From contig JBHGNT010000012.1 of the NCBI GenBank assembly GCA_043228905.1, positions 17,608,001 to 17,672,000 on the forward strand: DNA of 64,000 nucleotides, written 5' to 3'. Each line of letters opens with the position of its first letter. Within the stretch, counting starts at the first letter, position 1. This stretch comes from Azolla caroliniana. Taxonomy: Eukaryota; Plantae; Polypodiophyta. The position numbers and the translations under genes are program-made. Shown here piece by piece: positions 36,961-48,459 of the stretch. Under the pieces are notes generated by a model that was not told the origin of the DNA, did not search any database, and saw only the letters and a program-made list of their open reading frames with translations.

Positions 36961-37378
36961 TGTTAGAGGGTATACCGTTAGATTAGGGTTATCGGTTTTG
37001 TAGAAAGTAGCGTGCGGAAGCAAGTATGAAGACCGAACAGAAGAGAGGAAACTCAGGTTTAATGGAGAGCTTGAGCTTACACGGTATACGCAGGAGAGAC
37101 AGAGAGAGAAACACAAAAAACTATATTCAACAATAACACTCAGTCTGTACATAAGACGTGCTCAGTGAGCACTTTTATACAAGTCCTAGAAGGACTGACC
37201 GAAGTACTGACAGTACTTCAATGCTCATCAAGAGCTCCTACACTAACTCCCAAATATATTCCTCACGGAATATCTTTCCTAACGACCTCCCGGTTTATGC
37301 ACTCGGCCTAACCGATCGGTCCCAACCGATCCGGTCCTCGGCTTCTTCAGCCGATCCGGCCGATGTTGAGCTTGTCTC

Positions 37379-39946
37379 TCAACACTCCCCCTCAAGCTCA
37401 ACTTGAGGCTCTTCAGGATCTTCACAGCACCGGTTCCTCCTGGCTTCTCGCCTCGCTCGCGCTCCTCGACCTGTTCGACTCCGCGCGCTTCGACCCTTCC
37501 AGTCGGCTTGTCTGCTCATGTGGCCCTTATCAGCTCTTCTGCTGTTGCAGTGTTGACGCTTCTTCTGCTGCCTTTTCTTCCGCTTAGGCCTCGATTGATT
37601 CAGCGTGTCTGAATCAAACATCCGAACCGACTCAGCTACCTCCGATCGGTCTTCACTCTCGTCCGAGTTGGCTGTCTCCAACTCGTCTTCGGTCTTCTCG
37701 CCCTCGATGGCGTCATCCTCCGCATGCGTGGTTGGCTTTGGCTCTCTCCTTCGGTTGCTCCCCGTCTGTCCGCTTCCAGACTTTTCTGTGGGTCCGCCCT
37801 CGGCTTCTTCAGCCGATCCGAACTCGAACTCAGTGTCACGATCTCCGCTCCTTTCCTGCTGCCTTGCTTGGTCGTTCGGGACTGTTCTCCCCCTCAAGCT
37901 CGGCACATCGAGGTGACGCAACCCGAGCGCACCTGAGAATTGCCGCAACTTGTCCAGACCAAGAGGCTTTGTGAAGATGTCGGCAGTCTGCCGATCTGTC
38001 GACACATACTGAAGTTCGACTTCACCAGAAAGGACACGCTCACGGACGAAATGGTAATGCACCTCAATGTGCTTGGTTCGTGCGTGGAAAACGGGTTTCT
38101 TCGCGAGCTGGATGCTACTGAGGTTGTCGTAGTAGATCGTCGTTGGATCGGACACCTCCTCTCGCAGGTCCTTAAGTAGCCGCTTCAACCATATGGCTTC
38201 GCATGTCGTGACAGCCGTTCCTCGGTACTCGGCTTCGGTGCTCGACAGTGCAACTTTCGGCTGCTTCTTACTGCTCCACGCGATCGTGGCACTCCCGAGG
38301 GAGAACGCGTATCCAAACGTGGATCGGCGATTGGCGGCGTTGCCATCCCAATCAACATCGGTGTAGCCGACTAACCGCGTGGCTGCACCGGTCCGATATA
38401 GCAGTCCCCGGTCCTTAGTGCCGTTGACATACCGAAGTATGCGTTGCGCACACTGAAGGTGCTCCTCAGCAGGTCGCGCCATGAACTGACTGATCACCCC
38501 GACCGGATAACTGAGGTCGGGTCGGGTGATGGTCAAGTATATAAGGCTTCCGACAATTTGTCGGAACCTCGTCGGGTCGCATACCTTTCCCGTATCGGGA
38601 CGAAGCTTGACGGTTCTGTCCAGAGGAGTCGAGATGGACTTAGAGTCGGCCATCCCAAATTTGAAGAGCATACTCAGCACGTAATGACATTGGCTGATCA
38701 ATATGCCTTCGGGGGTACGGATCACTTCGATCCCAAGGAAGTAATGAAGGTCTCCCAGATCCTTCATGTCGAACGATGCCGCAAGTTGGAGCTTCACGTG
38801 GTCGATTTCACCTAGGTCGGCGCCGGTGATGACCAAGTCATCAACATACAGTAAAATACTAACCGGTCCGAGTCGACCTTTCCGGATGAACAGGGAAGAG
38901 TCCGATTTTGACGTGACGAAGCCCAACCGACGCAGTTGTTGCGTGATCTTCGCGTTCCAGGCACGCGAGGCTTGCTTCAGTCCGTAAAGGGACTTCTTCA
39001 GTCGGCATATTGCCGAGGAGTTCGTTCCAGAGTGAAATCCAGGGGGTTGTACCATGTACACCTGTTCCTCAAGGTCACCTTGCAGGAACGCATTCTTTAC
39101 ATCCATCTGATGTAGGTGCCACCCCTTGGCCGCGGCTACTGCGAGCAAAACACGAATGGTCGTCATTTTCGCGACCGGCGCAAACGTCTCATCGTAGTCG
39201 ATGCCGTGTTTCTGCGCATAGCCCTTTGCCACTAGCCGAGCCTTGTACCGATTGACCGAGCCATCGGTGTTGTACTTGACTTTGTACACCCATCTACACC
39301 GGATCGGCTTCACACCCTTCGGTGCGTCAACCAGGTCCCAGGTCTCGTTCTCCGCCAATGCGTGCATCTCTTCCTCCATCGCAGCACACCAATTCGCGTC
39401 CTTCGCCACTTCTGCGTAGCTCTCCGGCTCACGCACTTCCGCTACACAGGTCATGTACGCATAATGATGTGCCATGTACTCGTTGTATCCGAACCGCACA
39501 ACTGGGTTCTTCTGGCGGGTAGATCGGCGTAATCTCACATTAGCCGATGTCGAGGCCTTCTCGGTAGACGCGGACTTCACCTTTAAAGACCCGTCACCGG
39601 TTCCCTCGGAGTCGGACTTGCGTCGGTCTAACTCATTCCTATCCGTGCCGGAATCCGACACCTTCTTCTTCCCTTTCTCTTTGCGCGTAAGCCGTCTCCT
39701 CGGCTTCCTGCGCGGGGAATGCACGGCCGAGTCTCCACTACTCGCCGGCTCTTCATCGGACTGGTCGTACGGACTCAGTCGTCCAATCGGTCCACTTAAC
39801 CGGAGTGAAATCGGAGTCTCTTCGCGGGTCTCGATTTCGGACTCATTCGGAGGCATTTCGGCCTCGCTAACCTCATCGTCAGAGCTCGGATTGGAGTCGA
39901 GGTTCGTAGTCGGGGGCAGGTACCAGGACGCGGACTCGTCAAACAC
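37379..39946 (-). CDS. pol: Copia pol: reverse transcriptase and RNase H (open segment of a broken polyprotein)
   Basis: YKARLVAKG, QMDVKNAFL, SLYGLKQ, LLYVDDL, HARTKHIEVHYH, ADIFTK. Confidence 0.9.
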   Translation of the reverse strand: MFDESASWYLPPTTNLDSNPSSDDEVSEAEMPPNESEIETREETPISLRLSGPIGRLSPYDQSDEEPASSGDSAVHSPRRKPRRRLTRKEKGKKKVSDSGTDRNELDRRKSDSEGTGDGSLKVKSASTEKASTSANVRLRRSTRQKNPVVRFGYNEYMAHHYAYMTCVAEVREPESYAEVAKDANWCAAMEEEMHALAENETWDLVDAPKGVKPIRCRWVYKVKYNTDGSVNRYKARLVAKGYAQKHGIDYDETFAPVAKMTTIRVLLAVAAAKGWHLHQMDVKNAFLQGDLEEQVYMVQPPGFHSGTNSSAICRLKKSLYGLKQASRAWNAKITQQLRRLGFVTSKSDSSLFIRKGRLGPVSILLYVDDLVITGADLGEIDHVKLQLAASFDMKDLGDLHYFLGIEVIRTPEGILISQCHYVLSMLFKFGMADSKSISTPLDRTVKLRPDTGKVCDPTRFRQIVGSLIYLTITRPDLSYPVGVISQFMARPAEEHLQCAQRILRYVNGTKDRGLLYRTGAATRLVGYTDVDWDGNAANRRSTFGYAFSLGSATIAWSSKKQPKVALSSTEAEYRGTAVTTCEAIWLKRLLKDLREEVSDPTTIYYDNLSSIQLAKKPVFHARTKHIEVHYHFVRERVLSGEVELQYVSTDRQTADIFTKPLGLDKLRQFSGALGLRHLDVPSLRGRTVPNDQARQQERSGDRDTEFEFGSAEEAEGGPTEKSGSGQTGSNRRREPKPTTHAEDDAIEGEKTEDELETANSDESEDRSEVAESVRMFDSDTLNQSRPKRKKRQQKKRQHCNSRRADKGHMSRQADWKGRSARSRTGRGARARREARRNRCCEDPEEPQVELEGEC

Positions 39947-40473
39947 AACGTCGCGGCTGACACGTGCTTGTTTGGTGCGAGGGTTATAGCACTTATAACC
40001 CTTCTACTCGTCCGAGTAACCGACCAAGATGCATTTCTCGGCCTTTGCGTCCAGCTTCCTCCTTTTCTCCTTCGGTATATGCACATACGCAATGCTACCG
40101 AACACCCTCAAGTGTCACAAGTTCGGCTTCGTTCCGAAATATAGCTCGTGCGCCGACACTTTGTCTCCAATCCGGTTCTGGATGTATACCGCGGTCCTTA
40201 CCGCCTCGGCCCAATAGAACTTGGGCAAGCTCTTCTCCTCCAGCATTGCCCGTGCCGCTTCCACAACTGGTCGTCGATGAAGGAGACGAAATATCGGCTC
40301 CCGCCAAGAGTAACGTTTTGTGCCGGCCCCCACACATCGGAGTGTATAAGGTCGAGTTTGTTCCGTCTCCGGTTTCGCTCGTTGGGGAAGGGAAGTCGGT
40401 GTTGCTTCCCGAGCTGGCAGGCTTCACAAATTTGTGCCTTTCGGCCACTAAATTTGGGCAATCCGAACACTAC

Positions 40474-41943
40474 CTATTTCGATTGCAGATCTTGAAGTCG
40501 TTGGTGGTTGACGTGGCCTATCCGCTTGTGCCACAAGTCGATGTCCGACTCGGTCTTTTGTCCCTTCACGAACATTGCGGTGCCGCCGTCAGTGGAGTCG
40601 AGGATGAACATCCTTCCGTCTCTGCGCCCTTGCGCAATCACACGGCCTTCTTCCTCAATGAAGCACCCGAGGTGTGTAAACCGAACCTCCATCCCTTGGT
40701 CGACGATCTGTCCAACCGAGACCAAGTTTTTCGTGATTGTCGGAACGTGCAGCACGTTCATGAGTTTCCCTTTCTGCCCGACATGGCTAAGGGGAACTTC
40801 TCCGACATTCGCGATCGGATGTGGAGTGTCGTCTCTAGTTGCGACTACTCCAGGTTGTATCGGTTTTTCAAGGTACAAGAACCACTCCTTATGGCTCGTC
40901 ATGTGGTTTGACGCGCCGGAGTCTACGTACCACACCTCGTCCGATCTCGGGGTGCTCTGTTTCATTGAGTTTGCTTCGTGTCTCGTCACGAAGACAAACC
41001 CTTCTCCAGCTCTCCCAGAGTCTTTGGCGTATTGCGATCGCTGCCGATTTCCCTTGTGGGTATGTCCAGAGCCGTTTCCGGAACCGGTTCTCTCCAAATC
41101 AGCGCGCTTCTTCCAGCACTCGCTTTCCCTGTGGCCTTTCTTGCCACAATACCAGCACTCCGCGATGGCCTTCCCTTGCCGGTTCTCATCGCTTCGACTC
41201 CCCCTGTTTCCGGAGGGTCCGGAGTTGCTGTCGGCATCACTTTGGTGCCTTCTTCCTTGATCTCGTCGTCCGCCTTCATTGCGCCCCAACTCACCTCGTC
41301 CTCCACATCCATGGGGCCTATCTCCCTCCGTGTACAGCATTCTGTTGTTGGCGTGCGTGCTTGTAGACGCACCCGCGTGGTTCTCCTCTACCAGGAGCAT
41401 CGACTGTAAGTCGAAAAAGGACGGTGTATTCTCCCGGGTACACACAGCAGTTCGGAACGCTCCGAACTTCGACGCCAAACCCCCGAGACAGATCTAGACC
41501 ATCTCGCTCTCCTCGATGTTCACCTCTATGGAGGCGAGGGAGTCGCAGATATCCTTGATCTTCGAGGTATAGTCCGCCACCGACATGTCGCGTTGTCGTA
41601 GGTTGCTCAACTCCTGTCGGAGCTGAAGCTTCCTAGCTGTGGTGCTCGTGGCGAAAATCTTCTTCAGATTTTCCCATGCACCCTTCGGCATCTTTGCATC
41701 CCGAACATAGCTCAATAGTTGTTCGCCCACACACGACGCGAAGCAGTACAATACCCTGCTCGCCGATTGCTCCCACGACGGGAAGTCTCTATGTGTCGAT
41801 TCGGGTGCCGCGTCATTAGCTCCTTCGACATAACTCCAGTAGCCGTGCCCGAGCAGGTACTGGTGCATCTTGTAGGACCAAGACGTGTAGTTGCTTCTGT
41901 CAAGCTTCTCTGTTGGAAGCGAGCTCGCCATGCCTCTATCCAT
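40474..41943 (-). pseudogene. gag: Copia gag-protease with a premature stop at 41494
   Basis: KLDRSNY..WSYKM, zinc knuckle CWYCGKKGHRESEC, protease WYVDSGASNHM, and LWHKRIGH. Confidence 0.9.
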
Positions 41944-42406
41944 TGTTCTTCTCGTTCTTCTTCGTCAAGCTCTGTCGGCTGCAGAGAGGTTCTCAACCCT
42001 CGCGCTTTGATACCATGTAGAAAGTAGCGTGCGGAAGCAAGTATGAAGACCGAACAGAAGAGAGGAAACTCAGGTTTAATGGAGAGCTTGAGCTTACACG
42101 GTATACACAGGAGAGACAGAGAGAGAAACACAAAAAACTATATTCAACAATAATACTCAGTCTGTACATAAGACGTGCTTAGTGAGCACTTTTATACAAG
42201 TCCTAGAAGGACTGACCGAAGTACTGACAGTACTTCAATGCTCATCAAGAGCTCCTACACTAACTCCCAAATATATTCCTCACGGAATATCTTTCCTAAC
42301 GACCTCCCGGTTTATGCACTCGGCCTAACCGATCGGTCCCAACCGATCCGGTCCTCGGCTTCTTCAGCCGATCCGGCCGATGTTGAGCTTGTCTCTCAAC
42401 AGGTTT

Positions 42407-42866
42407 TAACTGGGAGGTTTTCTTCTTCCTCCTCCTTGTTGTGAGGGTTGAGAGTTCGTGTTTGTTTAGGGTTTTTGCTTCTGCTCGGTCTCCTGTGCAA
42501 GACCCCGCTCGGCGCGACAAGCCCGTGAGCTCCCCGATCGGCGGCTTGGTAACATATTATTGTTGTAACTTACCTTGGTCTGGCTCCAAGCCAGGGTTGT
42601 ATTCTTTCCCTTGTAATATACATGCTCATACCTGTTTGTGCATAATGGTGTCTCTGTTGGTGTCGAGTGCATAGTCCCCCTTCCTTTGTTTTGTTGTACA
42701 TAAGAGTCGGTGCCGCGCGTATGCTCTCCCTCTCCTTTCTCTCTCTCTCGTGTTCGGCCACATCCCGGTAGTGCCCGGTGTCAGTTTTCTTGGCATTCCT
42801 TTTCTCCCTCATTCAAGACCCCCGTGGTCCCGCCCCTTTCACACGCACGCGCGTAACAACGCGACA
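42407..42866 (+). mobile_element. Family E LTR, interrupted by the copia element (left remnant at about 36961-36998)
   Basis: Ends ...GTGGTCCCGCCC...AACGCGACA like 11447-11519. Directly abuts family C pol. Confidence 0.7.
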
Positions 42867-45800
42867 ATGCTTCCTCACCATCGACCGTATGATTGCCGCA
42901 TCGATTTACAACTAGGAAAAGAGCCACCATGGGGACCGATCTACAATTTGTCACCAACCGAGCTAGAAGTCCTTCGAGCCTATATAGAGGAGAATTTGGA
43001 AAATGGTTTCATTCGGCATTCGAAATCTCCAGCCAGCGCACCCATTTTCTTTGTCAAGAAAAAGGATGGATCACTTCGTCTCGTTGTAGATTACCATGGC
43101 TTGAATAAGGTCACCATCAGAAATAGGTATGCACTTTCCCTTATCTCAAATCTTTTAGAACGGATCAATTGTGCAAGGTTCTTCACGAAGATCGATTTAC
43201 GGGGGGGAGCATATAACCTCGTATGGATCCGACCAGGAGATGAATGGAAGACCGCGTTTCGCACTAGATATGGGCACTTCGAGTATACAGTCATGCCGTT
43301 CGGACTCACTAATGCGCCAGCAGTCTTCTAGCACATGGCAAATGATATATTCCGAGATCTCTTGGATGTTTGTTTGATCATCTATTTGGATGATCTACTG
43401 GTTTATTCGAAGACCCAAGAAGAGCATGATTCTCATGTACTGTTAGTACTAAAACGACTTCGAGAATATGGTCTTTATGCAAAGCTGGAAAAATGTAGTT
43501 TCGGGTGCAACCAAGTAGAATTTTTGGGCTATGTCATCTCCTCGGAAGGCATCTCCATGGATCCAGCTAAGGTCAAAACAGTGGTAGAGTGGCAAACTCC
43601 GCGTTTGTTGCGAGATGTGCAATGCTTTTTAGGCTTTGCCAATTTCTACCGCAAGTTTATACATGATTACTCAAAGCTTGTTCTACCTCTCACACAACTT
43701 ACTAAGAAGGGACAATCGTTCGTTTGGTCTGAAGAAGCAAACATGGCTTTTCAGAATCTTAAGAAGGCATTTACATCGGCTCTTATTCTAGCCCATGTTG
43801 ATCCGGAAAAACCATTCATCATGGAAGCGGACGCGTCGGATTTCGCATTGGGTAGTATCCTGTCACAACAAGGTAATGATGAAAAGCTACATCATGTGGC
43901 TTTCCACTCACGCAAGTTTGATGCCGCTGAAATAAACTATGAAATTCATAATAAGGAGCTATTACTAATAGTGGACTCTTTTACGCAATGGAGGCATTTT
44001 CTAGAGCAATCCTCTCATCAACTCACCGTATTCAGTGATCACAAAAACCTTGCCTAATTTCAGAGTGCTCGTGTGTTCAATCGAAGTCATGCTCGGTGGG
44101 CCCAATTCCTCACGTGTTTCGACTTCAAAATTACATATCGTCTGGGGAAGCACCAAGGGAAGGCATATGCATTATCACGGCGTTCGTATCTAGCACCGCG
44201 TCCAGGCCAGCCAGCTTTCGATAACCAAAAGCAAGTAATCTTGGCACCGGCACAACTGCAAGCAACACAGGTCTTCGGCATGCCCTTGGATTCCCACGTT
44301 ATCGATACCATATGTGAGGACTTGAAGGCAGATGCTTTCGCCCAAGCCATTCTAGCACAAATTGATCCCTCTCGAGCATCTTGTTCACAGTCGCAACCAC
44401 CAGGTACGGACTATCGACAATTTGAATGTCATGATGGTTTACTATTCTTTAAGAAATTCTTGTATGTTCCTAATGGTTCTTGCCGCCTTGGAGTAGTCCA
44501 AAACTATCATGACACATATACAACTGGGCATTTTGGTTGTACTAAGACATTAGATTTAGTACAATGATCATTCTGGTGGCCCTGTATGCGACAATTTGTC
44601 GAAGATTTTGTTCAGACTTGTGATACATGTTGTAGAGCAAAAATGCCAAGACATCATCCATATGGTTTATTAGAACCATTACCAATTCCAAGCAAGCCGT
44701 GGCAATCCATTGCTCTAGATTTCATCACAGATCTTCCAGTCCCTAAGGGATTCAATGCGATTAACAATAGTAGATCGATATACGAAGATGGCTCATTTCC
44801 TACCATGTACTAAGGAATCTCCAATGAAGAAACCGCCGAAATTGTCATGCGGGAAGTATGTTGGCATCATGACCTTCCTGATAATATCATCAGCGACCAT
44901 GGACCCCAGTTCGTCTCGAAATTCTAGAAACACCTTTTTAAAATACTCAAGGTCACTTGTAACCTCTCCTCCGGCTACCACCCGCAAACTGACGGCCAAG
45001 TAGAACAAACAAATCAAACATTGGAGCAATATCTTCAGTGCTTTCTAAGCTATCATCAGAATGATTGGGCAGATATTCTCCACTTCGTCGAATTTTCCTA
45101 TAATAAATCTGTCCACTCATCGACTCAAGTTACGCCATTTTATGCTTATACGGGTTGTCACCCCCGGTGGTGTGTATTTGAAACCCTAGAGTTACCCAAA
45201 AATCCTTGCGTAGAAGATTGTTTGGAGCGGTTACGCAAGATACAAGCAGATTTATCTACTCATCTACAGCAAGCTCAACAAACACACAAGGTTTACGCGG
45301 ATCGTCATCGGCTTCCATCCAGTTTTAACATTGGAGATCGGGTATGGCTACTATGACGACACATCAAGACTACTCGCCCATGCGAGAAGTTGGATTATTG
45401 GCGATTAGGTCCTTTCCGTATTATCAAAAAGATTAATGATGTTGCTTTTCGTCTCGATCTACCCCTGCAACTTCATATACATCTGGTGTTTCATAGTTCT
45501 CTCCTCAAACCCTATCAAGACAGCACCATCCCAGGACGTATTCCACAACCTCCACCCCCGATCGAACTTGAAGATGGACTTGAGTATGAGGTTGCCGCCA
45601 TCCTCGATTCCAAGATTGTTCGCAACAAGCTCTACTATTTAGTCGATTGGCTAGGATATAGTCCGAGCGAGCATACTTGGGAACCAATAGAGAATGTGAC
45701 CAATGCTTGTGCTCTTCTTGAAGACTTCCATCGTCAATATCCAGATAAACCGGGTCCTCATTCCAAAACAACTCGTGACACTCGTCGTTTTAAAAGGGGG

Positions 45801-46216
45801 ATAGTGTCAAGATATGGCAAGACTCGAACCCATGACCTTATGTTACATGGGTCGAGCTCTTGACCATTACACTATCTATTATAACACATAAAAATATTAT
45901 TTTTATTTAAGTTTTACTATAGAAAATTAATGTATATTCCAGATTTCTCTGGAACATTCTAGAAGCTTCAGGACTACTCTTGAGAACACTATAAAAGGAG
46001 GCACAAGGCATTATTTCGAACCAAATCGGTTCAACGCCAATCTTAAGCCTCCTAGCCTTCCTTGTATATTCTTCTCACATAATATATCGCTGTCATCATC
46101 ATTTTCTCTCTCTCTCTCTCTCCTTCTCTCGGGTGTTCTACACCCTCTATTCCTCTTAGTACTAATATTCCTCTCTTAGTACTAATTTCTTCTTGGTCTC
46201 AGTACTATTCCTGACA
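42867..46216 (+). mobile_element. Tcn1-like chromovirus, family C copy 2 (pol and 3' LTR)
   Basis: [11 protein letters not shown] with IYLDDLL, RNase H MEADASDFALG, integrase, chromodomain at 45580-45745, PPT AAAAGGGGGA, and LTR 45805-46216. Confidence 0.93.
45820..45874 (-). promoter_or_regulatory. tRNA-like A-box/B-box cassette in family C LTR
   Basis: The minus strand reads TAGTGTAATGGTCAAGAGC...AAGGTCATG-GGTTCGAGTCT with 45-nt spacing. Confidence 0.7.
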
Positions 46217-48459
46217 TTGTTGGGCCTTACTTCAGGTGGTGACCTGCTGGACATCAACCGTAATCATGTTTACGGCCGTTGCTTTACCTCGATTGTTGGT
46301 CACACATTGAGTGGCATAGTGACCTAGTTGATTACAGTTGAAGCATGTTATTGTGGCCGAGTTGTTGGGCTCTCCTTGCTCGAATTGAGGTTGTACTGGT
46401 GTTGTGGTTGATCTTCTCGAGCCGGCGGGAAATAGGACTACGGAGGGTTTTCACGAGGCTCGGATTGGGGAGGCCGCCGATTATTCGGTGCGCAGAGGGT
46501 CTCGGCGACGATTGTCGAAGGGTCATCAATTATTCCCTGAAGGTCGGAAGCAACGATTATGATGTGGGGGTCGTCGATCGTGCCATGGATATTGTGGTTC
46601 GTAATAGTCTTCTCGGTTGTAGTCATCTCGGTAATAGTGGTCCTCCGGATAATAGCGCTCGTCACAATAACGCAAACAATCATCCGCGTGTTGTGGCCGA
46701 TTATGATAGCCCAGTGGCTCCGGTCGGTAGTGGTGATCCCAGTGATAGCGATTCGGTTCAGGGTGGTAGCCATCATTGCGGTGAAGCCGATCATCCTCCC
46801 ATGGCCGTTCACCATCTCTATTCCGTGGTGGTGATCACTCTTCCTGTTGTGAACGATCGGGGCGTCGCTCAATTTGATGTACCGGAGCCGAGTTAGTGCA
46901 GTTGAGCATGTTGTACTTGCATTGCTCAACCATATGTACTCTAGAATGGTAGATAGGACAGTGTAGCCGTAGAGGGCAATTGATAGCCGAGTGACCGGAC
47001 TTGGCACAAGCCGTGCATTGCAATGCTTGCCAAAATTGGGTTTCCTCGGTTGTTGGCAAGGCGGTTTGGAGCGTGCCCATGGAGAAAGAATTGTTATGAT
47101 GAGCCCTATCTAAAGCGAGAACATGAGCGACTACTTGCTCGATAGTTTGTTGTTAAAAGTCCATAAGAGCCAATGTCGTGCGCAACTGCTCCCGGAGTCC
47201 GGCAAGGAACATATCTTTTAGATGATTTGCTGACACGTCCTGTGCCAGTTTCCGGTAAAGGTCTTGAAATCAAAGGGTGAACTGAGAAACCGTTTCATTA
47301 GGGTCCTAGGCAATGGTATAGAACCGGCGGACCAGTTTGCACTTAGGGATCTCCTAGTGGAATAACTCCAGAAACCGGGAGCGGACATCTTGGAATGTGA
47401 TGAACTCCCCAGGATCGTTTCGAGAATACCATCGTGCATCCGGGCCGTCTAGAGAAAGGGTGAATTCCGCGATTTTGGAGGCAGCGACCTCCACAGCGGT
47501 GAGGCACTGCGTAGAATGGTTGGCTTGCCATTGGAGAGAAAGGAGCGGATGTGGGATTCTGCATCGGGACCGTCCATGTAACGTGTATAGGGGTACGACA
47601 TTGTGTCGAAATTTGGGTCTTTCAGTAGAGCCGAGAAGGGGTTAAACTCGGATTGTTGAGTGACTTCTGGAGAACTCGGAGGAGTGGTGAGATCGGGCCC
47701 GATATGTGATTGTTTATCAAGGATGACTTGCAAGGAGTGCGATTCCGGGGGTTCTAGTGATGCGTGTTGTGTGCGATTCCGAGTATCCTTGGCTGGCTCA
47801 GTGCAGCGGGATGGGAGCCGCGAGCGAGTAAGACGGTCGGGCGTCGTAATGGTTGTTGGGGGTATCCACCGCCATTGTTCGATGTGATGCACAATGTGAA
47901 CCGGGCGTGCCAAATTGTGTTGTCTCCTTTCTTCTCAAAAACAACACCTTCGATTACTCCTATGGTAATCGGGTCAGGGAACTGTGGTACGAGGTGGAAA
48001 CACGATGAGAAATTTTGCTCGACAATTCCAAAGAAAACAGTCAGCATCAAACAACCGTGAAATAAAATCCTAGTACATGATATTACGATTTAGAGATGCA
48101 AATTATACTGAAACAATTATGACCCACAACTTATATGTATTACGTAGTTCAAAACGGTATTACACGGCTCATAGCCGAAGTTACAATCAGAAGATACAGT
48201 CAGTACTCTACGTATCTTAGTACTATTTCGCTAAGCTAATCAGGTGGTTTCTTCTCTTCCCTTTCTTTTGTTTATGATCCACGCTTTATAGTTTTCATTT
48301 ACCACTAGGCGTGCTTCAGTCTTTCCTTGTTTTCGGTTGTCTATCTCTCGGTTGCACATATTTCGTTCCTTCCTCCTTTATGGCTATCTTTGCCTACTTT
48401 ACCTACTCGTATCTGGATTCCTTTCACACGGTAATTACTATTCTGTCCCACGGATAACA
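46217..48459 (-). mobile_element. Family F-related gypsy copy 2 (5' LTR, PBS and gag)
   Basis: LTR 47918-48459 and PBS 47900-47912. The gag is homologous to 9400-10900 (YPYTRY...DAESHIR; CFNCNQLGHYATQC). Confidence 0.88.

Larger units (their letters stand above)
36999..42401 (-). mobile_element. Young Ty1/copia element with both LTRs and an internal integrase deletion
   Basis: 386-bp LTRs at 36999-37384 and 42016-42401 (3 differences seen by eye). TSD GGTTT, PBS TGGTATCAAAGC (tRNA-iMet) at 42004-42015, PPT 37385-37393. Domain order gag-PR-IN-RT-RH. Confidence 0.97.
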
